A DNA stretch of 64,000 bases from Hyaloraphidium curvatum SAG 235-1 (Eukaryota > Fungi > Monoblepharomycota). Numbering within the stretch: the first letter of the stretch is position 1; every line of letters begins with the position of its first letter. Both the position numbers and the translations under genes were made by a program. The stretch covers positions 372,001 through 436,000 of the forward strand of contig JAIVFI010000007.1 of assembly GCA_025558095.1 (NCBI GenBank). Direction: 5' to 3'. A model generated the notes under the pieces. That model was not told the origin of the DNA, made no database searches, and was given only the letters and a program-made list of their open reading frames with translations. Shown in pieces: positions 19,285 through 31,027 of the stretch.

Positions 19285-20528
19285 TCACCACCCGCGCCCA
19301 GCCATCTTCTGCGATGGTGCCATCGAGTCGCAGTTGATGCCCTGCAAGTCGGCCGTGAGCCACGCAGAAAAGCGCAAAGGCACAACGAGCGACTGCTCAC
19401 CACCATCGGCTCGCCGAGGTCCTCGCTGACTTCGGCGAGAACCTTGGGGTCGTTGAAGTGCGTCACGGCCTGCACAATGGCGCGGGCGCGCTTTGCCGGG
19501 TCACCGCTCTTGAAGATGCCCGAGCCGACAAAGACGCCGTCCATGCCAAGCTGCATCATCTGGTGGTACCGCCGATTAGATCTGCTGATAGAGAGCGCCA
19601 TCGGCAAACCCACCATCGCGGCATCGGCGGGCGTGGCGACACCACCGGCGGCAAAGTTCACGACGGGAAGCCGGCCGAGGCGGGCGGTCTCCTTCAGGAG
19701 GTGGTACGGCGCCCCGAGCTCCTTGGCGTAGGTGTAGAGCTCCTCGTCCGTCATTGACTGCGCCCTCCTGATGTCGCCCATCAGCTGGCGGGCGTGCCGA
19801 ACGGCCTCCACGACGTCCCCGGTGCCCGCCTCCCCCTTCGTCCGGATCATCGCAGCGCCCTCGTTGATCCGCCGCAGAGCCTCGCCCAGGTTCCGGCAAC
19901 CGCACACGAAGGGCACCTTGAACTTGTGTTTGTCGACGTGGTTGACGTCGTCCGCCGGGGTGAGCACCTCGGACTCGTCAATGTAGTCGATCCCAATCGC
20001 CTCGAGGATCTGGGCCTCGACAAAGTGGCCGATGCGGACCTTGGCCATGACGGGGATCGTGACGGCGGCCTTGATCTCCTTGATCATCCTGGGGTCCGAC
20101 ATGCGGGCCACACCGCCTGGGGGACGGGCATCGCGGGGTGTGAGATGGGATCACGGCCCGACGCCGCGGCCGGAGCGCCCCACCGTCCTTGCGGATGTCC
20201 GCCGGCACCCGCTCGAGGGCCATGACGGCGCACGCGCCGGCCTCCTCCGCAATCCTGGCCTGCTCGGCGTTGACGACGTCCATAATGACGCCGCCCTGGA
20301 GACAACAATGCAACAAAGCATCGGGGAGGTGCGAGCACGCCGTCAGCCCCGTCGAAAGGCGCGGGAGCAAAAGCAGAGGGCCGATGCCGGCACGAACCGC
20401 ACCTTGAGCATCTGGGCCAGCCCGGCCTTCAGCCGGAACGCATCCTGGCCGGCAGCACCGGGGTGGCCGCCGTTGGCATGCCCGTTGGCGTGGCCGTTCG
20501 TGAGGTTCGCAGGAACTTCGAAAGACAT
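19285..20528 (-). CDS. SNZ1: Pyridoxal 5'-phosphate synthase subunit Pdx1/Snz1
   Basis: [63 protein letters not shown]; several introns. Confidence 0.96.
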
Positions 20529-20676
20529 GGCGGGTAATGTTCCGGGCTTCTTTACGCCGCCGAGAAGCTGGTTGCCACGGGTTCTCGTGAGTGAGAAAAG
20601 TGGAGATGCGGCGCGGCGGGAATCGAGTCTCCGCGCGCGCGATCACCCAGGCAACGACTTCGCATCGTCGATCACA

Positions 20677-21120
20677 ATGTCCTCGGCGCATACCGCGGAG
20701 GTCCGGCAGCTCTACCGGGCCTTCTGGCGACTGTACCGGAGATGGCCGGCCGAGGAACGGCGCTCGAAAAGCTTCCGCCAGTACTGGATGACGCGAGTCC
20801 GGAACTCGTTCGTCGACAACAAAGGCGTCACTGATCCGGAGCGGATACGGGAGCTCGTGGCCGGCGGGAGGCAGGAACTGGATAGCCTGGCATCCATCTT
20901 GGAGGGCTCGATAGAGAAAGAGGTAACTTGCGGCGCGATGGTGGAAGCCGCGGGCCTGATCTCCTCGCCCCAGATCCCGCTGGCCAAGGACGGTCCCATC
21001 CTGTCGAACATGCCCAATCCTGAACGCTATCAGCTCCTTGATGTGGACATGAAGGACGCGATTCGCGAAAAGAACCAGCTGCGGTTCTTGATTGAGGAGT
21101 TTCAATCGAAGAGGAAGTGA
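20677..21120 (+). CDS. Small mitochondrial LYR / Cbp6-UQCC2-like assembly factor
   Basis: [18 protein letters not shown] pattern; in-frame intron near 20923-20973. Confidence 0.6.
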   Translation: MSSAHTAEVRQLYRAFWRLYRRWPAEERRSKSFRQYWMTRVRNSFVDNKGVTDPERIRELVAGGRQELDSLASILEGSIEKEVTCGAMVEAAGLISSPQIPLAKDGPILSNMPNPERYQLLDVDMKDAIREKNQLRFLIEEFQSKRK

Positions 21121-21213
21121 AGGATACCTTTGGAAGATACCGCTCTGGGCAGGGGAGAAGGAAGGGGCTTGACCAGGCACGTTTGAGGGATGCTGCTTCT
21201 ATCGAATCGATCA

Positions 21214-23088
21214 TCACTTCTTGGTGAAGAAGCTTTGGATGCTCTTCTGGCCCCCGCCACCCTTCTTGGCATCCTTCTTGGGCTTGCTCTCACCGGCCGA
21301 TTTGGAGCCTTTCTGGCCGGCAGCCCGCGGCGGCGGCGACGAGTCCGGAGAAGCCTGTCCCTTGCTTGTTCCCGGCGCCACGATCTCCACCTTTGGCTTC
21401 GACGGGGCCAGCTTGGGTTTCGGCGGTGGAGACGGTTCGTCGTCCGTGTACTCCACCATTTCCTCCACGTCGTTGGTGACTAGAAGCGGGCGATCATCGT
21501 TAGACAAAGGTTGTTCAACCGCTCTGCCAACGAACCGAGGTAGCCGTCCTCGTCCAGGCTTGTGACCTGCTTAACAATCTTTTTCCACTTCTTCCTCTTC
21601 ACCCGTTCGCCAGGCTCGGCGGTGGCCGCACCTGCGACGCAGATGGGTGATCAGCGTGGCAAAGCAGTCTTCAGTGTACGGCGCTCACCATGCCCCTCGT
21701 CCTCCGGCGCCATATCTCCGCCAGCCTTGGAGTCGGTCTCCCGATCATCGTCAAACATCCCCGCCAGGCTGTCGTCCCTCGGAGTGCCCCCTGATACCCG
21801 CCTGCTTTCGGCCTCCTTGCGTCTAGGCTGCGGCTTCTTCTCCTCTTCGTCGTCGTCGGCAGGCCTTTTTTCGGCACGTAACCGCTGCTGGTTCCGCTCC
21901 TCCTCCGACATGGCGGCCTCCTCATCCTCGTCATCTGCAGGAAAAAAGTGAGCCCAGTGGGATCCAAGAGGGCTAGGCAGGGCCGATCACCAGAGTCCGA
22001 GTCTACGACCTTGCGCTTCTTCCCCTTGCCCTTGATGACGATATCATCGTCGTCATCTTCGTTGGCCTTTCCCTTGCCTTTGCCCTTTGAAGCGCCTGCT
22101 TTGCCCTTGCCTTTTTTGGCGGCGGGTGCCGGCTTGGACGGCGCGGGAGCCGGCGACGGCCTGCGAAAGGAGCTAGAGTCAAACCTGATAACACTTCCGC
22201 CAAGGAAGAGCGTCGCACCTCGACTCGACAGGTTTCGCCGGACCAGCCGATTTCCCAAAGAAGCCGGTGATGCCCGACGGCTTCGCCGTCGTTTCCGGCT
22301 TCTTCTCCCCTGGCGGCGGAGGAGCAGACTTTGGTGCCAGCGGAGTGCCAGATCCGGTGGCGGGAGGGGCCGACGTCGAGGGATTGGGCGGTCTCGGGGC
22401 ACGGGGGACGACCTTCACAGCAGGGTTGACGATGCATGCGGTCCTGGAGACAAACGTGAGCACACACGAACGTGAACGAGGGCTTGCCGATGACGCAGAC
22501 TTGCTGGGATCGTACGACGGGTTTCGAAGCAGCTCGAGGTCGGCGAGGTAGAGGAGTTCGGGGTCCTATAGGGCGCCGTTAGTCGAGCCTCAGTCGTCGT
22601 GGCCGCAGCGTACCACGGACCTTGATTTTCACCGGCTGTACGCTGTAGACGTGCATGCTGCATGACACAAAGTTGCCCTTGAACTCTGCCATTCCGCGTG
22701 AAAAGATGCGCGAAGCGTGGAGAACGTCCAACGCACCGTCCAGCTTCTCCTCCGGCACCAGCAGCACCTCCAAAGCCCCGGACTTTCTCGCCACTCCGCT
22801 CAGCGCATACGTAAAGTGCTTCGTTCCCTTGCCGGGCTTCTGGGAGTACTCGTACAGGATCCTGCGGGACGCGGGGCCCAGTCAGCTCGTGCCGTCGACG
22901 CGGCGGCGGACGGACCGCTTCGCCGTGTTCAGATCGACGCCAAGCTTGTTACCGAGCAGCTTGTAGGTAACCTGCGGCCGACGCACGCGCGGTTAGGGCG
23001 CGCAGAGCCGGCATCCCGAACCGCGCACCGGCTGCGACGAGTCCCCGACGAGCGATTCGACCACGTCCAGGTGGTCGGCATCGGCCAT
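21214..23088 (-). CDS. POLD3: DNA polymerase delta subunit 3 (Cdc27/Pol32/POLD3)
   Basis: N-terminal VTYKLL..LGVDLNTAK winged helix, HVYSVQP, low-complexity middle, C-terminal PIP box QKSIQSFF; many introns. Confidence 0.85.
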
Positions 23089-23283
23089 CGCGGCAGACGC
23101 GAGCCCGCAATGAGAGTCGTGACTTTTTGGGACCCGGACCGACGCGCTGCTGCCGGCCGGGAGAGACGGGGCGGGTTGGCGTGATCGACGCCGCGGCAGC
23201 CAGGGCCGCGCATCTCCAAACACTCGTCTCCCACCGAAAGCAGCTGTAGAGCCCCAGCGGACCACCGGACATTTGTGGAAACG

Positions 23284-23832
23284 ATGAGCGAGGGCCCGCA
23301 GGTGTACGAGTTCAACGTCACGGTGGGACAGGGCCCCGCGATGCCGGCGGTTGGACGCTGAGGCGAACCGCCCCAGATGACATGCGGGGGATGTTCCGGA
23401 GCTGTCAACAGGGCATTGAAGCGGACGGAGGGTGGGTACATCTGCTGTCTCTCGAGCTCTCACAGGGCTGACCTTGCTTCCGTGGCCGTGTCGCCCACAG
23501 GGGTCCAAGAGGTGCGACGGAGCTTCAGCTTCAGGGAAGCTTGCGAGGTGCTGACGCTGTCTTTTGCGTTGACATCTAGGTGGACATTAGCATGGAGGCA
23601 CAGCGAGTGAAGGGTGGGGCGGCCGGGCTTTGGTTGGCAACGCAGCTGACAACCCGGCACTCGGCAGTCACCACGGACGAGCGCTTGACGGAGGACGCTG
23701 TGTTTGAAGTCATCAAGAAGGTGAGCCCGTCGATCTGCTTGTCTCCTTGCAGCAGTGACTCAGTGTGCTATGTGCTTTGAAACAACATCAAAGACTGGCA
23801 AGGCGGTGACGAAAATCTCGCCTTCGGCGTAG
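23284..23832 (+). CDS. ATX1: Copper chaperone Atx1
   Basis: Spliced product MSEGPQVYEFNVT-MTCGGCSGAVNRAL..KKTGK; five introns. Confidence 0.92.
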
Positions 23833-23933
23833 CTCGTAGCCGCGTTGGTGGCTGCCACTCCGCAACATCCCGATGCAAACCACATTGGCATTAGATACCT
23901 TCATCTACAGTCTAGAAGTCTGTTCCGGCGGTA

Positions 23934-24638
23934 TCAAAGATTGGTTCCAGAATGGGGCTTGAGAAAGCTTGCCGCAGAGAATTTCTGGTACACGGGCCGT
24001 GCCAGGGAGTTTTTCGCCACCTGGATGTCCATTTGGATGTCCGCGATAAGCGCATCTGGTGGTTCACGTCATCGGAGGGAGGCCACGGAGGTAAGCACCT
24101 CGACCCAATTGAAAGCCAACGGCCTCTGCTAACCTAAAGAGTCGTAATTCTGCTCTGGCCGAATGTATCCGAGCACAATGATCCGCAGCTCCTCGTCGTA
24201 GAAGTCCGTACCGAACTTGTTGAAGATGTGCACCTCCTGGAGCGGGATGCTGGTTCCAACTCCGTTCCGACGCTCCCTGACCCGCGATGTGCACCCACGG
24301 CAGTCTTCTTCTCGTTCTTGTAGTACGGGTTCCACCCGTAGCTCATCACCATGCCGTAAACCTCCTCGCTCGATCCCACTCCGGCCCAGCCGTAGTGGAT
24401 CCCAATGTCCATTACCGCCGCCTCGTTGTTGGACACGTCCTCGGGCAAGTTGGCTGGCGAGTTGCTCAGCACGACGAAGGAGGTGCCGTTGGGCCGCAGG
24501 CGACCCACCGGTGGGGATGCCCAGCTCGCGGGAGCCGCGGCCGAAGCCCTTGCAGACCTTTCCCCGCAGGTAGACGGGGTACGGCAGCGTCGGGCCGGCA
24601 TCGTCGCCGACGATGGACGGCCGAGATGGCGTTGCCAT
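23934..24638 (-). CDS. FMN1: Riboflavin kinase
   Basis: GKVCKGFGRGSRELGIPTANL, MSYGWNPYY, EVHI, LGYIRPE; introns. Confidence 0.94.
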
Positions 24639-24760
24639 CGACACTACTGGTCGTTCAATGAGGTGCGGCAAACTTCTCCCGCCCCGCGCGATTGCCGCCT
24701 CCCTCCACCCCACCACTGGGCAAGGGAATTGCACGACGCCACCTATTGGACCTGCTTGCG

Positions 24761-25498
24761 ATGAAGGCGCTCTGGACGCTGGAGAGAACGGCTGGCCGCT
24801 TTGCCGCGCGATGCATCGTCGGCCAGCAGTCCGGCACTCGCACGGTCCCTCTTGTACTTTCCTCTACACCCGCACCGCACATTGTTCCTTCCCTGCCGCC
24901 ACGGTCTGGCAGCTTCCACACCTCTTCGATCGCCGCGGCGTCTGCCGACCACCCAATGCAGCCCATCAAACTTCACGGTGGAGCTTCGCAGCCCGGCGAT
25001 TATGCCACCCCGTACAACAACGGCCTGGAGGCGTTTGCGCGGGGCGATTTCGCGGACGCCGAGCGGTGGTTTCGACGTGCCCTGCGGGTGGAACCAAACT
25101 CGGCCGACTGCCTTTACAATCTCGGAAATGCTCAGATGGCGGCCGGCCTCATTGATGCGGCCGTGGAATCCTATACGAAGTCATTGGGATTGAAGCCCAA
25201 TCAGCCCGATGTGTTGGTCAACCTCGGCAACGCGTACGCCCTGTCGAAGAAGGACCCGGCGTCTGCGATCCTGAACTTTGAGGCCGCCCTGCGAATCGCC
25301 GAGGATCCCCAGGCACGTTTCAACCTGGCCGTCGTTCTGGACAACGAGGGCAGACTAGAGGAAGCAGTGGACAACTACCGGAAGGCTCTCAAAGGCGGCA
25401 TCGGGCACGCCGAGAAGTTCTTGCGGAACGCAATGGTGCGGCTCGCGAGCCGTGTGGCCCAGTCTGGCAGCAAGGAAGGAGCGGACAAGAAGGAGTGA
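24761..25498 (+). CDS. TPR-repeat protein, probably mitochondrial
   Basis: About four TPRs (YNLGN, VNLGN, FNLAV) after a presequence-like N-terminus. Confidence 0.8.
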   Translation: MKALWTLERTAGRFAARCIVGQQSGTRTVPLVLSSTPAPHIVPSLPPRSGSFHTSSIAAASADHPMQPIKLHGGASQPGDYATPYNNGLEAFARGDFADAERWFRRALRVEPNSADCLYNLGNAQMAAGLIDAAVESYTKSLGLKPNQPDVLVNLGNAYALSKKDPASAILNFEAALRIAEDPQARFNLAVVLDNEGRLEEAVDNYRKALKGGIGHAEKFLRNAMVRLASRVAQSGSKEGADKKE

Positions 25499-25502
25499 CG
25501 GC

Positions 25503-26696
25503 TCACGGATACGGTGGATGGGTCTGTTGCTGATCTCGGAGACCGAGGATGTACGCGGTACAAGAGGCGATAATGCTGCGCTTGCCTTCGCAAATGGCCC
25601 GCACCATGTCCAGCTCGGGCATGCCCAGCTTTTCCAGGGCCTCACTGTCCCGCTGCAGCCTTTCTAAACGGAGCTCAAGCAGCCGCAAAATGTAGGAAAC
25701 AGAGTCTGCTGTGAAGTCCTCCGCGTCTGCCACAGGATCCAAGCCTCTAACTCGCCGCCTCCATGCTTCTGCAACCTCATCCATCCGTGATGGCGCACTC
25801 GCCAGGTCAGTCCTCAACAAAGCCGCCATCGTCAGCCGATGTGAGACCTCGTTCCGCCCGACGACGTAATCGCCATTGAATCCCTCTTCTTCGAGCAACG
25901 CAAGGCATAGTTCACGCAGTGGTCCTTGCTCGCGCTCGGGCCCGCAGCCAGCAAACTCGCCATCGAGCGAGACGCCCTCGTAAGGGTTGTTCGGCAAAGT
26001 GAAGCCATATTCGAGAAGCAGCGATTCGTCGTCGTGCGGCCCATAAAAGATGAAGCACTGCTCGCCTTCCGGAACGTCACGGTCCAGAACGACGTCCAGC
26101 GTCCTTGTCGCCGGATTGCACGCGATTTGCGACGAAACCGTCGGATCGTGGTTGAAGAGATCGAAGAAAGGCGCCAGCGCAAGGGTCGCGCGGGGGCCTC
26201 CGTCACGGAAATCCACCGAAACGCACCGGCTGTTGACGAGCAACCAGGATCTCGCGAAATCCTTCCGGATGAAGGCACCAAAGGAGCTTCCAAACTCCAA
26301 AGAGTTCAAGACGGCTTTGAAGTGGGTTTCCATAAGGCGCCGCTGATCCATCACGCGCTTCCTTAGCTCGATCGGCAAGGCGTCGACCGCTCGTTGAGGC
26401 AGCATCGCGGGCCAGCCGCTAAAGTCTGTCGGCAACGACGCGATGTAGCCCGCCAGCGGCGAGCCGGAGCCCAGAAATCGATGGTGCGCAAGAAACGCGG
26501 TGACAGCTGCGAGTTCTGGCAGCGCTCTGGCACCTGGGAACAAAGCTTCGGCCGATCGAATGGTGTACAGATCCGCAAAAGGTATTCTGAGCACAGGAAT
26601 GCCCGCCTGGAGGTGTCGGGTGGCCCGTAGTCCGCGTCCGGTCGTGGGAAAGTCGAAAGGCACCAGCGCGTCCGTGGGAGGCGGCAAGGATGGCAT
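25503..26696 (-). CDS. SET-domain lysine methyltransferase (SETD4/Rkm2-like)
   Basis: GRGLRA, LVNSR, LAPFFDLFNH, FIFYG..LLLEYGF. Confidence 0.9.
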   Translation of the reverse strand: MPSLPPPTDALVPFDFPTTGRGLRATRHLQAGIPVLRIPFADLYTIRSAEALFPGARALPELAAVTAFLAHHRFLGSGSPLAGYIASLPTDFSGWPAMLPQRAVDALPIELRKRVMDQRRLMETHFKAVLNSLEFGSSFGAFIRKDFARSWLLVNSRCVSVDFRDGGPRATLALAPFFDLFNHDPTVSSQIACNPATRTLDVVLDRDVPEGEQCFIFYGPHDDESLLLEYGFTLPNNPYEGVSLDGEFAGCGPEREQGPLRELCLALLEEEGFNGDYVVGRNEVSHRLTMAALLRTDLASAPSRMDEVAEAWRRRVRGLDPVADAEDFTADSVSYILRLLELRLERLQRDSEALEKLGMPELDMVRAICEGKRSIIASCTAYILGLRDQQQTHPPYP

Positions 26697-26872
26697 CGCG
26701 GTCCGTACGGCTGCGGCAGACGACTTCAAACCATCATCGACGTGTTACGTCTTTGCAATGGCGAAAACAAAGTAGCGCGCTTGAAGCGGACGGCCACGTG
26801 GAGTTGATTGTGGCAAGAGTGCATGAGCTAGCGGTGCGAACCTTCATCGCAGACCCCGGCGCGAATCGCGCG

Positions 26873-28306
26873 ATGACGGGCTCCGACATCGTGGATCACG
26901 ACGCTCTGGAGTGTATATTCGTCGCTTTCTTTCACAGGCATGGTGCCCGGAGCCCTGTCAAACGTAGGGGCCACGCTGGAGTGTCGAGGTCCCGGCTGAA
27001 CTTTCCCGTTCCTCTGGGCCGAACAGGGATCTTGGAGCAGTACATTGGATCCGGAAGCGGCGTCTGGCGTTCATGCAACATCGCACCCGAGCTGCACGCG
27101 CGCTTCTTGGGCGTGGAACGCGCCACTGCGGAGACAAAGAAGCCGGGACTCCATCGGCCCTCACATCCGGCCAAGGAGCGACCGCCGCCCCTATACCAGT
27201 TGATCTTCGAGACGTGCGGGAAGCCGGAGCCCTGCGATTCTGTCGCGATGGAACTACTGAGGACCAGCGCACACAACCCTGGGGGAGAATGCGTGAGTGT
27301 CTGACTGGGTCAAAGATCGCCTCCGCGGCGTATGAACTTCTTTCTCCTCCAGTCACTGGGGCAGCTCACGGACGTCGGCAAAGAACAAATGGTCGGCGTC
27401 GGGAGGAAGTTGCGGAAACGCTACGTCGACCAATTGGGCGTGCTGCCCGACTTCCTGACCGACACGAAGCCGATCCTTCTCCGTTCGACGGATTATGCGA
27501 GGACGCTCGAAACCTCCCAGTACCTTATGCACGGACTCTATCCTCCGGACAAGCGGAACCGTAGCTTGGTGCTGGAGTACAAAGTCGCCGATCAGGACAC
27601 GGAGTGGCTCTTTCCTTCGCCTGCGTGTCATAGGTTGGAGCAGCTGACCGAGGCATTCACGAAGCGCGTTCACGCCGAGATGGCCGGGGAGATCGCCATT
27701 GTGAGGGACAAGTTTTCGCACTTCCTCGCCAAACCGGACAAAGTCGTCGTTAGCGCCTTCGCATTGCACGACTTATACGACTACAACGCGGTCCTCACCG
27801 CACATGGCCACCCGATGTTGCCTGGATTCACGGAGGAGGATTTTGCGCGGGTGGATCGGATCGTCACCGCTTCGTGGTTCCGCGGTTACCTCGAGAGCGA
27901 CGAGATCCGTTCGCTGGGCGCCGGACCCATGGTCAAGAACATTTCCGACTTGCTCGCAAAGGCGGCGGCCGAGGACGCCCCAGCGATCCGTTTCGCCGAA
28001 CTCTCGTCGCACGATACCGGGGTCGCGCCCTTGATCTGCGCGCTGCAGGGCTTTGACGGCAAATGGCCCGGGTTCGGGTCCTCCGTCACCTTCGAACTCA
28101 TGAGGCCGAAGGGAAAGGGGGCAGCATCGGACCATTTCGTGCGCGTGCTTTACAATCTGAAGCCGGTCAGGCTGCCGTACTGTTCGGCGGCAGGCGATCA
28201 CTTCGAGGGGGACCCGAGCGTCTGTCGCTTGGAGGCGTTCATGCGGTATGCGGATTCGATTATACCGAAACAGTACGCGAAGGACTGCGCTACCCCGCTG
28301 AAGTAG
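26873..28306 (+). CDS. Histidine acid phosphatase (ACP6-like)
   Basis: RHGARSP, GQLTDVG, RSTDYARTLET, SSHDT, VRVLYN; intron near 27293-27352. Confidence 0.88.
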
Positions 28307-28411
28307 AAGAGTAAATAGAGGCTTCTGCGTGGTGATGACTCAATCGTGCCCAACAACTCCGCCGACTCTTCCTATACAAATAGTGAAGCAGAGCTCAGAT
28401 GTTTTTTCTGG

Positions 28412-29472
28412 ATGAGAGGCCAGCAAATCCGACTTCCATGTGATGAGAAGAACGGGACGTTAGCATGAGCTGCGCCATCGCAACCCGCTAGCTCGCTCGG
28501 CCCCTCGGCTCCTATCCAACCGACCGCCCGACCTCCGCGCCGGGCCGCCGCTCCAGGAGCGGCGCGGCGTCGACAGCGGCGCTCGGCGCGGAGTCACTCT
28601 GGAGCACCCGGCCGGCCAGAAGCGGAAGCGCGGCGCGGAGGAAATGAGCACGAAGAGGTGCGGCACCGGCGCCGCCGCCCTCGGTTCCGATTTTCTGATA
28701 CGGCTTCCAATTTGTAATAGCTCGTCGGGCCTCCTACCCCTCACGGCGGACAACATCAAGCGGCTCCAGGACCAGTATGCCCGCGTCGCCCCGCTGCCGC
28801 TGGAGCAGCGCGTCATCCGCTGGCTGCAGTCGATCCCGATGTTCGTCGGCGACGCGCAGCACGACGTTGCGCCCGACCCGTACGCCGCGCCGCCGCCCGA
28901 GCTGCCGGCGCAGCGCTTCTTCGAGCCGGACGACCGGCTGCGCAACCCGAACACTCTGCTGCCCGGCGACCCCGGCGATGCCCGGAAGGACCTTGCGCAG
29001 CGCCGCCCCGTGAGGGCGCCTGCGATGCCCGGCGTACCGGCGGGCGGCGGGACGGCAAAGTACGCCGTGCCGTCGCCGGCGATGGACCGGGGGGCGGCAG
29101 CAGCGGCGGCCGCCGCGGGGAGGGAGGACCGGGCGAAACACGGGAAGGGGCGTCTTTGCTGCTACTTGAAGGTGGAGGTGTCGGGCAACACGCAGATGCT
29201 GCCGATCCACGAGGTGGGGTTACGTCAGGTCTCGCTTCTCCGCCGCTGACGATACCTCCCCCGCCGCTCCCCGCTCTCTCGCGTACCGCCTCGTTGCACG
29301 GCATACTCCTCCCTGCACATTGGATTCCGTTTCGGCCCTTGATCTCTGGCTGGATCAGTTCGATGCACCAAAGGAGCTCGCGTACAACTTCTGCAAATCC
29401 AACAACATCCTTGGATCTGTGGATTCCCTCACGGAACACATCACCACTGCGATTCAGAACTACCGCAAGTGA
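28412..29472 (+). CDS. Hypothetical protein (5' end uncertain)
   Basis: Coding-like exon 28644-29213 can splice (about 29214-29357) to FDAPKELAYNFCKSNNILGSVDSLTEHITTAIQNYRK*. Confidence 0.45.
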
Positions 29473-29629
29473 TGGCGGGACATGGGACGGGCCGCTGCAC
29501 GGCGCGGGCGGGCCCGCGTTAGACACGGGCGGGATGTGCGCCGGGATGGTGTGTACAGTAGAGAAAAAGGTCGGAAGACGACATCTCCATCACATTGTGA
29601 CGTGCATTTGATGGATTCGAGACGATCTT

Positions 29630-30870
29630 CTATACCATGGCCAGCGCGGCAGAGGGGACCAGTCCTAGCTCCTTCAGCGTTTTGCTCCGATCCGCTCCGT
29701 CCAAGACCTTGCGAGGGAAGGTGGTTGCAAGGCGGAACGCGCTTCCGGGTCGCTGCGCCGAGACAAAGGTGTAGATCGATTCAAGGGTATCGTCGGCGGG
29801 GAAGGTGTGCGTAATCGGAGGACCGTCCGTCGGGCGGATCTGAGGCCAGGTCGGTCAGGTACCGGAAACACGACGCAACATCTCAGCCAACCTGAATCTT
29901 TGCCTCGGTGTAGTTGCCCGAGCTGGCGGCGGGAGCTGCGGGCTTCGGTGCGGGGGCCGCGGTCGGAGGCGCCTGCCCTGCCCTCTCCGCCTTTTCCCTC
30001 GCCAGCCGCGCTTCCCGGTCCTTCTTGTCCTGCTCGATCTGCGCCTTGATCTTTTCCTTGGCCCGCTTCTCGGCCTCCTTTTCCCGCCTCGCGTCCTTTT
30101 CGGGCCATGCTCCATGAGAGAAATTGTCGGAGAAGTGAGAAAGCCCACGAACCTCGGCTGCCTTGATAATCTCGCGCTCCTTCATCTGCTGCTGCAGTTT
30201 CGCCATCTCCTGCCCCGTCGCGCGCCGCACTTTCTCTCGCTTCTTCTCTTCCTCCTCCTCCTCCTTTCGCTTCAGCTCCCTTTTCGCCGCGAGCTTCGCC
30301 TTCAGCTCTTCCAGCTTCTTTGCCTGGTCACGAAACGGAGATCAGCTCTCTCGCCGTTCCGACCATGCCTGAAGTGCCACCTTTTCCTCCGGGGTAAGTG
30401 GCTTGATCGCCTCCGTGCTCTCCTCAAAGTTCGTGTGCTCCGTCTTCATGGCATGGATCTGTAGACGGTCAAAGAGTTACAGAGTATGCAACCACCTTGA
30501 GAGCAACTCTAGCTTTCCTGAGCCGCGTTCTCGTCGCGCAGGATCTTGCCACAATCGGCGCACCGCAGGGACTGGGCCGTCTGCTGCGCGATGACCCCGT
30601 CGGCGTGGTCTGAACTCGCCGCGGGCGTCACGACCCGGCATCGGCCCCGGACACGCGATCCCAACCTTCCGCAGAGATATTCGCATCCTTTGCGTCGCCA
30701 TCGGCCGCCGCTCCGGGCTCCTCCGGGTTGTCGATGTCCGGATTGTCCTGGTTCTTCTCGAGCCAGTCGAGCGCGGCCTGCAGCCCCGCGTTCTTGGTAG
30801 CTTTCATCGCCTTCTTCGCCCGGACCTCCGGAACGCCGAAGTCGAGGAGGGTCTCATAGTCCGTCGGCAT
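29630..30870 (-). CDS. UBA-C2H2-coiled-coil-UBX protein (UBXN1/SAKS1-like p97 cofactor)
   Basis: UBA (LLDFG..AALDWL), CADCGK..H..H, EESTEAIKPLT, UBX with TTFPRK and LKELGLVPSA. Confidence 0.88.
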
Positions 30871-31027
30871 CTTGGCCCGCGGGCAAGGGGATCTTGGAGT
30901 TCGAGGAGTGACCACAGGTCTCAAAAGAACGTGGAAGTCGGAGCCCAGAGCTGGAGGCGCTGTATTGCATAGCATACATCGAATGAACAGTGAATCCATA
31001 AGAGATCGATGCATCAGTACGGACTGT

